Source: a virus
IMG/VR virus record: IMGVR_UViG_3300028654_000014
Coordinates: 18,222 to 82,221 of that record
Direction: 5' to 3' (one strand)
Length of the DNA stretch: 64,000 nucleotides
Both the position numbers and the translations under genes were made by a program. This document shows positions 1 to 10,087 of this stretch, one piece after another; the first letter of the stretch is position 1, and each line of letters begins with the position of its first letter. The notes beneath the pieces are model-generated. The model searched no databases. It saw nothing but the letters and a program-made list of their open reading frames with translations, and was not told where the DNA came from.

Positions 1-1
1 T

Positions 2-103
2 ATGTATATTGAAAAGGAAGAATCATATTGGCATGTATGTGGTAATAATATAGATAATCATAAAGAAAATGGGAAAATAATTGATATATTAACTTATGAA
101 TGA
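2..103 (+). CDS. micro-ORF of the ILEYK family (ends ILTYE), possibly 5'-truncated by the window edge
   Basis: Manual translation MYIEKEESYWHVCGNNIDNHKENGKIIDILTYE*; its end overlaps the polymerase ATG at 96. Confidence 0.55.
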   Translation: MYIEKEESYWHVCGNNIDNHKENGKIIDILTYE

Positions 104-1583
104 AATATTATATGGTAAACAAGAATTACAAAAAATAGTATCAATAGAACCTTCAAATAGTTCTGTTGAAATTTTCATTCAAGATAATCAAGGAAATGTT
201 AAATCAGAATTTGTTGAAAACCGTTCATGGATTTTAAGCCATTTTCCTCTAAAAGACTTTAAAAAACTCCAAGGTAATCTTTATTATCAATATGGTAAAC
301 AATTTAGAGAAAGAAACGAATTTCAAAAAGCTCGAAGCTATTTAAAAAACTCAGACATATTTTCAATTTATGACCCAAAAGAATCTTTCATGGTTCTAAA
401 GGGTTATACTTATTTTAAAGGATTAAAACACCAAGATGTTACAATTCTTTCATTTGACATTGAAACTACAACAAAAGATTTAAATGATCAATCTAAACTT
501 CTACTAATATCCAATACATTTAGAAAAAACGGCATAATTACTAAAAAGCTATTCTCCTATGATGATTATAATGATGAAGGAGAAATGATTGAAGAATGGT
601 GCAAATGGGTTAGAAAAATGGACCCAAGCATTATAACAGGTCATTATATTTTAGTATTTGATTTGGATTATATTCAATTCATAGCTAATAAATATAATGT
701 TGCTTTAAAATTAGGCCGAGATGGTTCTAATATGAAAGTTAACAATTATGAATCACAATTTAGAAAAGATGGTTCACAATCTTATTCATATTACAAACAT
801 TACATTTATGGCCGAGAAATTATTGATGGATACTTTTTAGCTTTAAAATATGATATTGGTAGAAAATATGATAATTATAAGTTAAAGAATATAATCAAAC
901 AAGAAGGATTAGAAAAACAAGGAAGAGTATTTTATGATGCTTCAAAAATCAGAGAGAATTATAAGAATCCTACCGAATGGGCTAAAATAAAAGAATATTG
1001 TATAGATGATTCTGATGATTCATTAGCAATATTTGATTTAATGAGTCCAGCATTATTTTATTCGGCGCAAATGATTCCCAAACCCTTTCAATTAATATCA
1101 GAATGCGCAACAGGTTCACAAATTAATTCAATTATGATGAGAAGTTATTTACAAAATGGTCATAGTTTACCAAGAGCTTCTGATCCTTTTCCTTTTAAAG
1201 GTGCAATATCAATAGGAAATTTTGGAATCTATAGAAATGTATTTAAAGTAGACGTTTCAAGTCTATATCCTTCAATAATGATCCAATATGAAGTTTACGA
1301 TAAAGATAAAGATCCTAATGGAAATTTCTTATATTTGGTAAAAAATCTAACGGAACAAAGACTTATAAATAAAAAATTAGCAAAAGAAACTGGAGATAAT
1401 TATTATAAAGGATTAGAACAGAGCCAGAAAATTTTAGTGAATTCTGCTTACGGATTTTTAGCTGCGGCAGGTTTGATATTTAATTCTCCTATTAAAGCTG
1501 ATTTTATTACAGAAACTGGAAGAGATATATTAAAAAAATCTATTTTATGGGCAACAGGAAAAGAATATGACGAAAACAGTTGA
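96..1583 (+). CDS. family-B DNA polymerase, N-terminal part (3'-5' exonuclease plus palm motifs A and B)
   Basis: ExoI FDIET, ExoIII YCIDD, motif A DVSSLYPS, motif B KILVNSAYG; motif C is absent. Confidence 0.93.
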   Translation: MNEILYGKQELQKIVSIEPSNSSVEIFIQDNQGNVKSEFVENRSWILSHFPLKDFKKLQGNLYYQYGKQFRERNEFQKARSYLKNSDIFSIYDPKESFMVLKGYTYFKGLKHQDVTILSFDIETTTKDLNDQSKLLLISNTFRKNGIITKKLFSYDDYNDEGEMIEEWCKWVRKMDPSIITGHYILVFDLDYIQFIANKYNVALKLGRDGSNMKVNNYESQFRKDGSQSYSYYKHYIYGREIIDGYFLALKYDIGRKYDNYKLKNIIKQEGLEKQGRVFYDASKIRENYKNPTEWAKIKEYCIDDSDDSLAIFDLMSPALFYSAQMIPKPFQLISECATGSQINSIMMRSYLQNGHSLPRASDPFPFKGAISIGNFGIYRNVFKVDVSSLYPSIMIQYEVYDKDKDPNGNFLYLVKNLTEQRLINKKLAKETGDNYYKGLEQSQKILVNSAYGFLAAAGLIFNSPIKADFITETGRDILKKSILWATGKEYDENS

Positions 1584-2109
1584 TTTAATTGGTAAAAGAT
1601 TTGGAAGATGGTTAGTTTTAGAAATTTCAAACATGGGAAAAAATCCTAGAGTAAAAGTAATATGTGATTGTGGTACAGAAAAAATTATATTAAGTAAAAC
1701 TTTAGTAGCTAAAAAAGCTAAAAGTACATCATGTGGATGTTATCAAAGAGAAAGAGTAAAAGAATGTTTAGGAAAACCAAATGATGTATCAGCTTTAAAT
1801 CAATATTATTCAATTTATAAAACTTCAGCAAAACAAAGAAATCATAATTTTAATCTTACTAAATATGAATTCAAACAATTTATTTTTGAAAAATGTTATT
1901 ATTGTGAAAAAAATCCAGAACCTAGACTTATACATTCTAGAGGATTACTTTTAAATGTAAATGGAATAGATAGAGTTGATAATTCTAAAGGTTATTCTAT
2001 TGAAAATTGTGTAACTTGTTGTAAAGATTGTAATAATAAAAAATCAGATATAACTAAAAATATTATAATAAAAGCTTATAATTTTCTAATGGGGGATAAT
2101 AATGCATAA
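1567..2109 (+). CDS. free-standing HNH homing endonuclease interrupting the polymerase
   Basis: N-terminal DLIGKRFGRWLV..CDCG..SCGC module; CYYC and GIDRVDNSKGYSIENCVTCCKDCN HNH/Zn motif. Confidence 0.88.
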   Translation: MTKTVDLIGKRFGRWLVLEISNMGKNPRVKVICDCGTEKIILSKTLVAKKAKSTSCGCYQRERVKECLGKPNDVSALNQYYSIYKTSAKQRNHNFNLTKYEFKQFIFEKCYYCEKNPEPRLIHSRGLLLNVNGIDRVDNSKGYSIENCVTCCKDCNNKKSDITKNIIIKAYNFLMGDNNA

Positions 2110-2770
2110 TTTTAAGCTTGTAAACGCTGATACAGACAGTATTTCCTTTTCCAAGGGTGATGAGTCATTTATTGAAAAAAGTGAGCGTATAAGCCTTTTA
2201 AACGAGATTAATGACCTATTTCCTGAGAAGATCAAGTTCGAAGATGATGGATTCTATAAAACGATTATATGCCTGATGGCAAAGAATTATGTAATGGAAA
2301 AGGAAGATGGTACAGTAATTTATAAAGGTTCTGCTTTAAAAGATGCTAAAAAGGAACCAGCCCTTTATCAATTTATGAAAGATATAATAGGTTCAATTTT
2401 AAACAATAAAAACAACTATTTAGAGATTTATAATCAATATGTTAAAGAAATTAAGGATGTGAAGGATATAAAACGCTGGGCATCAAAAAAGACCATTACC
2501 AAAGCTGTTTTAAAAGCTGAAAGAACCAATGAAAAGAATATACTTGCAGCAATTTCTGAAATCGAGTATAATGAAGGTGATAAAATTTCATTGTATTATG
2601 ATGAGGAAGATGTTTTGAAATTAGCTGATAATTTTGATGGAAAATATTCAAAGACAAGACTTCTGCAAAAATTGTACAAAACAAGTGAAACTTTTGAATC
2701 GATTATTCCAAAGGAAACTTTTATGAACTATTCTTTGAAGAGAAATCAAAAGATATTGGAAGTTTTATGA
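2102..2770 (+). CDS. family-B DNA polymerase, C-terminal part (motif C and thumb)
   Basis: NADTDS catalytic motif C followed by AKNY and YKG motifs; own RBS GGGGA upstream. Confidence 0.9.
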   Translation: MHNFKLVNADTDSISFSKGDESFIEKSERISLLNEINDLFPEKIKFEDDGFYKTIICLMAKNYVMEKEDGTVIYKGSALKDAKKEPALYQFMKDIIGSILNNKNNYLEIYNQYVKEIKDVKDIKRWASKKTITKAVLKAERTNEKNILAAISEIEYNEGDKISLYYDEEDVLKLADNFDGKYSKTRLLQKLYKTSETFESIIPKETFMNYSLKRNQKILEVL

Positions 2771-3390
2771 TAAAAAAGAAACACACATTATACTATATGG
2801 TAGAATCATTCTTATATAATAGTGATTTTTTTGTAAATTATGATGATGGTGGATTTTTCTTACCCATTTCTGAAGATGATGATCTTATTAAAATTGATCT
2901 AGATGAAAATGATGTAAAAATATTGGAATATAAATGAAAAAGAAGAAATGGACTTTAATTTATGATAATAGACCTTCGGAATTATTAGTAGCTGTTGGAA
3001 TTAAACCTTCTGCTGATAGTTTATTTATTTCATATAGTTATAATGAAACAATATTTTTTGATGATGGATTATTAAAAATGAAACTTGGTAAATTAAAATC
3101 TGATGTTAAAATATTGGAATATAAATGATGGTATTATTTTATTATCCAAGATTATGGTTTGGAGATTTTCCAGTAGTTAATTATTGGCCAAAAGATTTAT
3201 ATTTAAAAACTGAAATATTAGCAGGTGAATTTATTATTTGTGAGTATGAATGATTTTATATAGTTGGTATTCAAAATCTTTTAATAAATGGTTCATACAA
3301 GATCCAATGATGAAATTATATTTCTATAAATATATAATTGAAAAAGAAACAGATTGGATAGATAGAAAAATAATATTGGAATATGAATGA
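2767..3390 (+). CDS. array of four coupled ILEYK-family micro-ORFs (2767-2937, 2934-3128, 3125-3253, 3250-3390)
   Basis: Ends ILEYK, ILEYK, ICEYE, ILEYE; every junction is an ATGA overlap. Confidence 0.75.
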
Positions 3391-4316
3391 TTAAAGAAAT
3401 AGTTAATATTTTAATAGCAGAGGGAGGCATGGGAGATTTAATTTGTTCATTAGTATCAGTAAATTACAATATAACTCATTTCCCAGACATTCAATTTCTT
3501 GTATGGGTTCCAAATTATTTATTAGATTTTGCAAAACATGTATTACCAAGAGGAACTTCTATTAGAAATTTTACAGAAGCTCAAGATAAATATAATCCAA
3601 ATTTACCAGGAGTTTCAACAAAATGGTCATCATTCCATACTCCAATGAGAACTCATCCTGTAGATTATTCATTTCATATGTTAAGCGATAAACATATTTA
3701 TAATATGAATGAAAAGAACTATTTACAAATAAATCCTGAAAAGATTAATATAAAGAGATTTTCATTGCCAGAAAAATATGTAGTAATTTGTTCAGCAGCG
3801 GCAGAAAAAGTTAAAGAAATGCCCATAAGTACAATGAATGATTTAATTGAATATATTATTAATAAAGAATATACACCAGTATTTTTAGGTAAAACTCTTG
3901 TAGAAACAGGAGTTAAAGGAATAGATATTAAAGCTAATCCTTTAAATATTGATTATAGTAAAGGGATTAATTTATTAGATAAAACAAGTTTATTAGAAGC
4001 GGCAAAAATAATGAGTGAAGCAAAATGTGTAATAGGAATGGATGGAGGATTAATTCATTTAGCAGGATGTACAGATGTTACAATAATTGCAGCTTATACT
4101 TTAGCCAGCCCCGAACATTTAGCTCCAATAAGAAATGGATCACAATCTTATAAATTCTTTCCAATAGAACCAGATCTAAACATTCCAAATAGATATTATC
4201 AAACCAATAATAATTTTAATTATAATGTTGATTATAGAACATTTCCAGGATGGGAAAAAGTTGTAGAAAATATTACAAGTGATAAATTTGTAAAAGTATT
4301 GGAAGAGATTTTATGA
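3387..4316 (+). CDS. GT9-like (ADP-heptose/LPS heptosyltransferase-like) glycosyltransferase
   Basis: GGMGDL near N-terminus; INLLDKTSLLEAAKIM...IGMDGGLIHLAG motif typical of GT9. Confidence 0.82.
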   Translation: MIKEIVNILIAEGGMGDLICSLVSVNYNITHFPDIQFLVWVPNYLLDFAKHVLPRGTSIRNFTEAQDKYNPNLPGVSTKWSSFHTPMRTHPVDYSFHMLSDKHIYNMNEKNYLQINPEKINIKRFSLPEKYVVICSAAAEKVKEMPISTMNDLIEYIINKEYTPVFLGKTLVETGVKGIDIKANPLNIDYSKGINLLDKTSLLEAAKIMSEAKCVIGMDGGLIHLAGCTDVTIIAAYTLASPEHLAPIRNGSQSYKFFPIEPDLNIPNRYYQTNNNFNYNVDYRTFPGWEKVVENITSDKFVKVLEEIL

Positions 4317-4769
4317 CCTTTTTATATTATATAAATGATGAATTATCTGAAAATCTAACTTCTAATGAGAATTTTTTTATTAATGATATAATTTATAAAG
4401 ATAATAAGATTATTAAAATATTGGAATACACATGAATTATTTATATATTGTTAAAGTTGATAATAAAAGAAATTCATTAAAAGATGCAATTTTTCAATAT
4501 TTTACTAAAGAACAATATAAATTTTGTAAATTTTATCCTGAAGATACTTTCATATTGGAATATGAATGATATTTTATTGGATTACAATTGTAATATTAAT
4601 TTTAATAGGAATAAGTGCAATAATACTTATAATAGATAATTTTGTAATTAATAGAAAAACTTATCTTGTATGGAATCATAAAAAGATGTCTTTAAGATAT
4701 ACACCTCCAGTAGAATGTGGCAAATATCAAATAAAAAGAGAAGAACAAATAATAATGAGTTACAAATGA
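4313..4769 (+). CDS. array of three coupled micro-ORFs (4313-4435, 4432-4569, 4566-4769)
   Basis: Ends ILEYT, ILEYE, IMSYK; ATGA overlaps; the third has an N-terminal TM helix. Confidence 0.72.
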
Positions 4770-5395
4770 AAACAGCAATATTTACAACTACTTATCTAGT
4801 CCCCCAAGAAAGATTTGATAAAACTGTCAAATTTCTTGATTATTATTCAAGAAAAACTAATTATGATATATACGTTTTAGATAATAATTCTCCATTAGAA
4901 AAAGCAATTGAATTACAACTATTATTTCCTCAAATCAAAATTATAAGATATGATGAACATTTTGATAGACCAAGCCATTTAGATTATAAATATCTTTGGA
5001 GAGCAGTTTTTGATCTTCAAAACTATTTTAATGAATATGAAAAGATAATTTATATGGATAATGACTTTTATATACTTTCTGATAAAATGTTCAATTATAT
5101 CAATGATTTAAAAGATTCATGGACCACTTTTTGGTGTAAAATGCATCAATTTCCAGAAACAGGATGCCATATAATTCTTAAAAATGATCCTAACTATACT
5201 AACTTTATTAAAGATTTAACTTTACAAAATTTTATAAACCTGTATAATAATAGTTGTATGGAAAATACTTTGCCCGTTTCAAAAATTGAGAAATCATTCA
5301 ATGGTGATAGATTTGGGGAATTAAAAGATCCTCCAAAATTAGATGGATTGGATTTTTGGGCGCAAGCGAAATTGGAGGATAGGATTGAACTTTAA
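4766..5395 (+). CDS. GT-A fold glycosyltransferase-like protein
   Basis: VLDNNS and YMDNDF (DxD) motifs; start at the ATGA overlap at 4766 preferred over 4715. Confidence 0.6.
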   Translation: MKTAIFTTTYLVPQERFDKTVKFLDYYSRKTNYDIYVLDNNSPLEKAIELQLLFPQIKIIRYDEHFDRPSHLDYKYLWRAVFDLQNYFNEYEKIIYMDNDFYILSDKMFNYINDLKDSWTTFWCKMHQFPETGCHIILKNDPNYTNFIKDLTLQNFINLYNNSCMENTLPVSKIEKSFNGDRFGELKDPPKLDGLDFWAQAKLEDRIEL

Positions 5396-5517
5396 TATTC
5401 TAGCTTATAGATTAAATCAACCTATTCATGGTAATATTCATGATCCTTTTTATTGGATTCCAACAGTTTATTCAGGATATGTAGAAATATTTAGATTAGT
5501 TGAATTTAGAGAATATA

Positions 5518-5789
5518 ATGACTAAATTATGGTATAATACAAGAAAAGTATGGAAACATATGCCATTCTCTTCAACAAGGAAAAATTATACTATACATTT
5601 CACAGGTAAGAAAAATATTATATCTGATAGAGAAATAATATATGAAGATGATATTTTAATAATGGAATATAAATGATATTAGTTTATTGGAGCGAAATAT
5701 ATGCAGATCCATTTAAATTATATCCAATAGAATATTATTGTAATATACCAGTTAGTAAAGTTCATATAAAAGTAATGGAGTATAAATGA
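5518..5789 (+). CDS. two coupled micro-ORFs (5518-5676, 5673-5789)
   Basis: Ends IMEYK and VMEYK; ATGA overlaps. Confidence 0.72.
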
Positions 5790-6400
5790 TTTGTATCATA
5801 CCTTGTGCCGGATTTGGAAAACGAATGGGAATGAAAAAGAACCAATCCAAAGAAATGCTCCCAGATACTGATTTTAAAAATGATCATATAATTGATTATA
5901 GTATAAATATTTGTAGAACATTAGAAATTGAACCAATAGTAGTTACAAGAAAAGAGAAGAAAGATTTAATTAATTATTTAAAAGAAAAGAAAGTTAAATA
6001 CATCATTTTTAATCCAAATGAACATAATGAATGGTATGATTCAGTTTTAGCTTCACAAGCTCATTGGGATGAAGATAATTTATTAATTCTACCAGATACA
6101 AGATTCTTACCAATATTTCCAACTATTTCTGATATTAAAAAAGGATTGGAATTGGGAAATGAAGCAGTATTTGCAGTTCACAAAGTTAATGACCCACAAA
6201 ATTGGGGAATAATTAAAGATTATTCTTTATTTGAAAAACCTGAAAATATGGAAGGTCCTCAAAGAGCTTGGGGATTAATAGGTTTTAAAAAATCTTATGG
6301 ATTTAATTTATTTAGTCGAATGAAGATGAAAAATCAAGAATTAGAACATGCAGGATTTGTATATTTAAATAGCTTTTTGGATATTACAAGAGGTAAATAA
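5786..6400 (+). CDS. sugar-phosphate nucleotidyltransferase (NTP_transferase family)
   Basis: IIPCAGFGKRM...SKEMLP N-terminal signature; LLILPD; VNDPQNWG. Confidence 0.8.
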   Translation: MICIIPCAGFGKRMGMKKNQSKEMLPDTDFKNDHIIDYSINICRTLEIEPIVVTRKEKKDLINYLKEKKVKYIIFNPNEHNEWYDSVLASQAHWDEDNLLILPDTRFLPIFPTISDIKKGLELGNEAVFAVHKVNDPQNWGIIKDYSLFEKPENMEGPQRAWGLIGFKKSYGFNLFSRMKMKNQELEHAGFVYLNSFLDITRGK

Positions 6401-7371
6401 TGGGAGTTTTTAAAGTAAAAAAGATTACCAATATTAATGATGTAAAAGTCAATGATGAACTTCCTGAATCAGATTTCGCATCAATGACCAGTGAAGGAAA
6501 TTTCGTACAACTTGAATATATTGATGATGAACATACAAAAGAACCTTATAAAGTCAAGCCAGGAATTTGGGCAGTACAAAAAGTAGGTATGAGTTTAAAA
6601 TTAGAAGCTACAAGCTTTGTAAGTGATAAAATATTAGATTCATTTGTAAGTACAAAGAATATTACTGATAAAATTGATTGCTTTTTCAATAAAATTCCAG
6701 TTTATAAGGAATTGGGATTTGAAGTGGCGAAAAGAGCAGCTTTATTATATGGTCCCGCAGGATGTGGAAAATCGACCAGCCTTGCATTAGTAGCAAACAA
6801 ATATACAGCAGATAATAAAACAGCAGTCATAATATGGCATACAGATAAATTTGAGTCATACCAAATTAAGGATTTTATCAAATCTTTTGAATATGATGGA
6901 GTTGAAAAGCTCATTTTGATTATAGAGGATGTTGGAGGAGCAGAAATTGAAGGTGCTCGAATGAAATCTGACAGTTCCCTACTTTCATTATTAGATAATC
7001 AAGAAAAAACCTTTAAGATTCCAGTATTTATACTCGCAACAACAAATTATCCTGAAAATTTCATGGGCAATCTTACAAACCGTCCTAATCGATTTGACGA
7101 TAAAATAGAAGTATCCTATCCAGAAGCAAAACAAAGAGAAGAATTATTATCATTCTTTTTAAAAGAAAGTCCTTCACAAGAAGCAAAAGATCTGATATTA
7201 TCTAATAAGACAAAGGAATTTTCAGCGGCTCATATAAGAGAGATAGTGATAAGGTCAAAAATATATGATAAATCAATTGAAGCTGTCATTACAGAAATGC
7301 ACAAAGAGATTGAGAAGTATAAGAAAGCCTTTGCAGAAGAACGAAAAATGGGATTCGAAATTGATGATTAA
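6400..7371 (+). CDS. AAA+ ATPase
   Basis: Walker A LLYGPAGCGKS, Walker B IIEDV, sensor ATTN, RPNRFD arginine finger. Confidence 0.88.
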   Translation: MGVFKVKKITNINDVKVNDELPESDFASMTSEGNFVQLEYIDDEHTKEPYKVKPGIWAVQKVGMSLKLEATSFVSDKILDSFVSTKNITDKIDCFFNKIPVYKELGFEVAKRAALLYGPAGCGKSTSLALVANKYTADNKTAVIIWHTDKFESYQIKDFIKSFEYDGVEKLILIIEDVGGAEIEGARMKSDSSLLSLLDNQEKTFKIPVFILATTNYPENFMGNLTNRPNRFDDKIEVSYPEAKQREELLSFFLKESPSQEAKDLILSNKTKEFSAAHIREIVIRSKIYDKSIEAVITEMHKEIEKYKKAFAEERKMGFEIDD

Positions 7372-7468
7372 TGGATATTATTGTTTTGATAGTGAACAAT
7401 TTCATTATTTTCAATCACATTCTTCTTGCAAATCTTGTAATTTTGTATTAGAATATATAAATGATTAA
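7364..7468 (+). CDS. micro-ORF of the ILEYK family (ends VLEYIND)
   Basis: MINGYYCFDSEQFHYFQSHSSCKSCNFVLEYIND*; overlaps the AAA stop. Confidence 0.55.
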   Translation: MINGYYCFDSEQFHYFQSHSSCKSCNFVLEYIND

Positions 7469-7489
7469 CTAAACAAAAGGGAGAAATAG

Positions 7490-8554
7490 ATGAAGCCAGG
7501 AAATATTAAAGATGTAATGGATTTAGCAAAAAGAGCACGAGAAAGAGGTCATAGATTTAATCCATGTTTTGTAAGTCCTCCAGGAGTTGGAAAATCAGAA
7601 ATCGTTCAACAATGGTGTAAAGAAAATGGTTACGATTTTATTGATATTAGATTAGCTTATAAAGAAGCTCCTGATATGATCGGATTTCCACAACCAAGAG
7701 AAGTTACCGATAAAAATGGTACAGTAAGACAAGTTTGTTTATATTTTACCCCAGAAATTTGGCCAACAGAAGGTAAGGGAGTTATTTTCTTAGATGAAAT
7801 TAACCGAGGTACAACTTCTGTTATGAATACTTGTATGCAACTTTTGACTGATAGAAAGATTGAAAAATACTCACTTCCTGAAGGATGGATAATTGCTGCC
7901 GCGATAAATCCTGAAAATGAACACAATGATGTAAATACAATGGATACAGCTTTAAAAGATCGTTTAGAAATCTTTGAAGTAAATTATGATAAGAAAACAT
8001 TTGTATCCTTTATGAAAGATTCAAGCTGGGATAAAAATATCGTTATGTTTGTAGAATCAAATATGTGGTCATATTCCAAACCAGAAGATGTTGGAGAAAC
8101 AGCGGGAAATAAATATCTATCCCCAAGAACTTTAAGCAAATTAAATGCAGCTTTAAAATCTGATATTCCAAAAGATATGGAATTAGATTTCTATGAAGGA
8201 ATTTTGGGTAAAAATGTCGGGAGAGCATTTTTCCAATTTATGAATGATGAACAACCAGTACTTTACAAAGATATTGTAAAGAATCCAGCTAAAGCATTTG
8301 AGAAGCTTAAAAGATTCAGTGATCCTGCAAAATACATGGCTGGACACATTTCTTTAACAATCAAAGATATTGTTGAAAATCATGATATTGATGATGAATT
8401 GTTAGTAAAAGTAATTTTAAACATTCCAGCTGATAGTGGACCATCACTTGTAAGTGAATTGGAATTTAAAAGAAAAGATCCAACTCTCTTAGATCGTTTG
8501 TTAAAAAATTATCCTGCTGTAAAGAAATACTTTAAGGATGTTTTGAATAAATAA
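7490..8554 (+). CDS. MoxR-like AAA+ ATPase
   Basis: SPPGVGKS, FLDEINR, AAAINP, DTALKDR; followed by a vWA gene. Confidence 0.85.
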   Translation: MKPGNIKDVMDLAKRARERGHRFNPCFVSPPGVGKSEIVQQWCKENGYDFIDIRLAYKEAPDMIGFPQPREVTDKNGTVRQVCLYFTPEIWPTEGKGVIFLDEINRGTTSVMNTCMQLLTDRKIEKYSLPEGWIIAAAINPENEHNDVNTMDTALKDRLEIFEVNYDKKTFVSFMKDSSWDKNIVMFVESNMWSYSKPEDVGETAGNKYLSPRTLSKLNAALKSDIPKDMELDFYEGILGKNVGRAFFQFMNDEQPVLYKDIVKNPAKAFEKLKRFSDPAKYMAGHISLTIKDIVENHDIDDELLVKVILNIPADSGPSLVSELEFKRKDPTLLDRLLKNYPAVKKYFKDVLNK

Positions 8555-8598
8555 TGATTTTCATAGTGTATTTAAATACGAGAGGGAGATTTTAAGAT

Positions 8599-9900
8599 AT
8601 GACTAAAACAGAGGAACTTTTACAGTCATGTATTTATAAGATAGTAAGGGATAATGCTTTTATTGGTGGTTTGTTACAAGAATTAACTTTTAAATTTAGT
8701 AATGAAGTACCAACAGCTGCGATTGGTTTTGATAAAAAGACCCAAAAGTATGAATTATACTTCAATCTTGACTTTTTTCAGAAAATGGAGAAGGAACAAA
8801 GAATTGCAGTATTAATGCATGAAATCCTTCATTTTCTTCATAAACATCTATTTCGATGGATGCAAATGAAAGTTGATGAAAAGGACCGATTTTTATGGAA
8901 CATTGCAGCAGACATGGCCATAAACCAATACATTGAAAACCTCCCAAAAGGCTCTATAAGCATAGATAATTACAAAGATGCTAAAGGACAGCCTTTTCCA
9001 AAATTCCAGCCCATGGAAGCCTATTACGATCTAATACAACAGAATAGAGAAGGAGATAAGACCAAAGGACAGGATTTAAAAGATCCTAATGGTGAACCTT
9101 CAAAAGATAAGAACGGAAATTCTATTGTTGATCCTAATGGAAAGCCTTATGATTCCAAAGGAACGGGCAATGAGGGATCAAATAAGGAAGAATTGGACAA
9201 ATATACAGCAATGGATGAGCATAAATGGGAAGATCTTTCAGATGAAGAAAAAGAAAGAATGGCTAGAGAAGCTGAAAAGCTTATTAAACGAACCATTGAA
9301 AAAACAGCTTATAGTCATTCAAATATTCCAGGATATGTTGAAGATTTCTTAAAAGATTTAAGTGCATATTTAAGGAAATTGAATTATAAAGCTATTTTAA
9401 GAAATGCAATAAAGAAAACAGTAATGAGTCAAGATAGAGAAAATTCATGGAAGAAACCTAATAAAAGATTTGGAGAAGTAGCCCCTGGAACTTCTTTAAG
9501 TAGAACTCCAAGAATTAATATGTATGTTGATACTTCAGGATCAATTTCTTATCAAGAACTTACAGAATTTTTAAGTATTATTGATGGATTTTTAAAAGCC
9601 GGAAATAAAGATTGTAGATTAGTTTTATGGCATACAAATCCTTATTATAATAAGAAATATAAACTTAATAGTAAATTAGATTCAAAAGTAGTTCAAGCAG
9701 GAGGAACAGATCCTCAACCTACTTTAGAATTGATTCAAAAAACTAGCCCCGATCTTTCTATTATTCTAACAGATGGATTTTATGATAAATCTAATATTAA
9801 ATTACATAGTGATGTAATATGGATTATTAGTAAAACTGGAAATAAAGATCATCCAAATTCTCATATTGGGAAAACGATTCTTTTAGAAGGAATTAAGTGA
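8599..9900 (+). CDS. metallopeptidase-like plus vWA domain protein (DUF2201 type)
   Basis: HEILH zinc motif, WNIAADMAIN, MIDAS DTSGS, GGT, ILTDG. Confidence 0.85.
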   Translation: MTKTEELLQSCIYKIVRDNAFIGGLLQELTFKFSNEVPTAAIGFDKKTQKYELYFNLDFFQKMEKEQRIAVLMHEILHFLHKHLFRWMQMKVDEKDRFLWNIAADMAINQYIENLPKGSISIDNYKDAKGQPFPKFQPMEAYYDLIQQNREGDKTKGQDLKDPNGEPSKDKNGNSIVDPNGKPYDSKGTGNEGSNKEELDKYTAMDEHKWEDLSDEEKERMAREAEKLIKRTIEKTAYSHSNIPGYVEDFLKDLSAYLRKLNYKAILRNAIKKTVMSQDRENSWKKPNKRFGEVAPGTSLSRTPRINMYVDTSGSISYQELTEFLSIIDGFLKAGNKDCRLVLWHTNPYYNKKYKLNSKLDSKVVQAGGTDPQPTLELIQKTSPDLSIILTDGFYDKSNIKLHSDVIWIISKTGNKDHPNSHIGKTILLEGIK

Positions 9901-10087
9901 AAAAAAGTTTAATATGGATTCCTAAATTAGGAATTAGAAGATGTATAAGAGGTGATATGTTTAAATACGAAACTCTTATATTGGATTATGAATGAAAAAT
10001 TTAATTTGGTTGAATAATTTAAAATGTTTTATTTGGATTAAAAGAATAGGTGGTACACATGAAACTTTTATATTGGAATATAAATGA
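9897..10087 (+). CDS. two paralogous coupled micro-ORFs (9897-9995, 9992-10087)
   Basis: MKKSLIWIPKL..ETLILDYE and MKNLIWLNNL..ETFILEYK. Confidence 0.72.

Noticed and set aside
1560-2110. Group I intron or intein in the polymerase
   Set aside because: The three ORFs overlap directly, each with its own start and RBS; no intein termini or room for a ribozyme core (not formally excluded)
5343-5525. ORF ending FREYND as an ILEYK-family member
   Set aside because: Probably a real small gene in the array, but its start is uncertain and the motif match is weak, so it was not counted
2767-5789. CRISPR array interpretation of the recurring ATATTGGAATAT repeat
   Set aside because: Repeats are short, degenerate and irregularly spaced; the intervening units are 100-200 bp open reading frames; no cas genes
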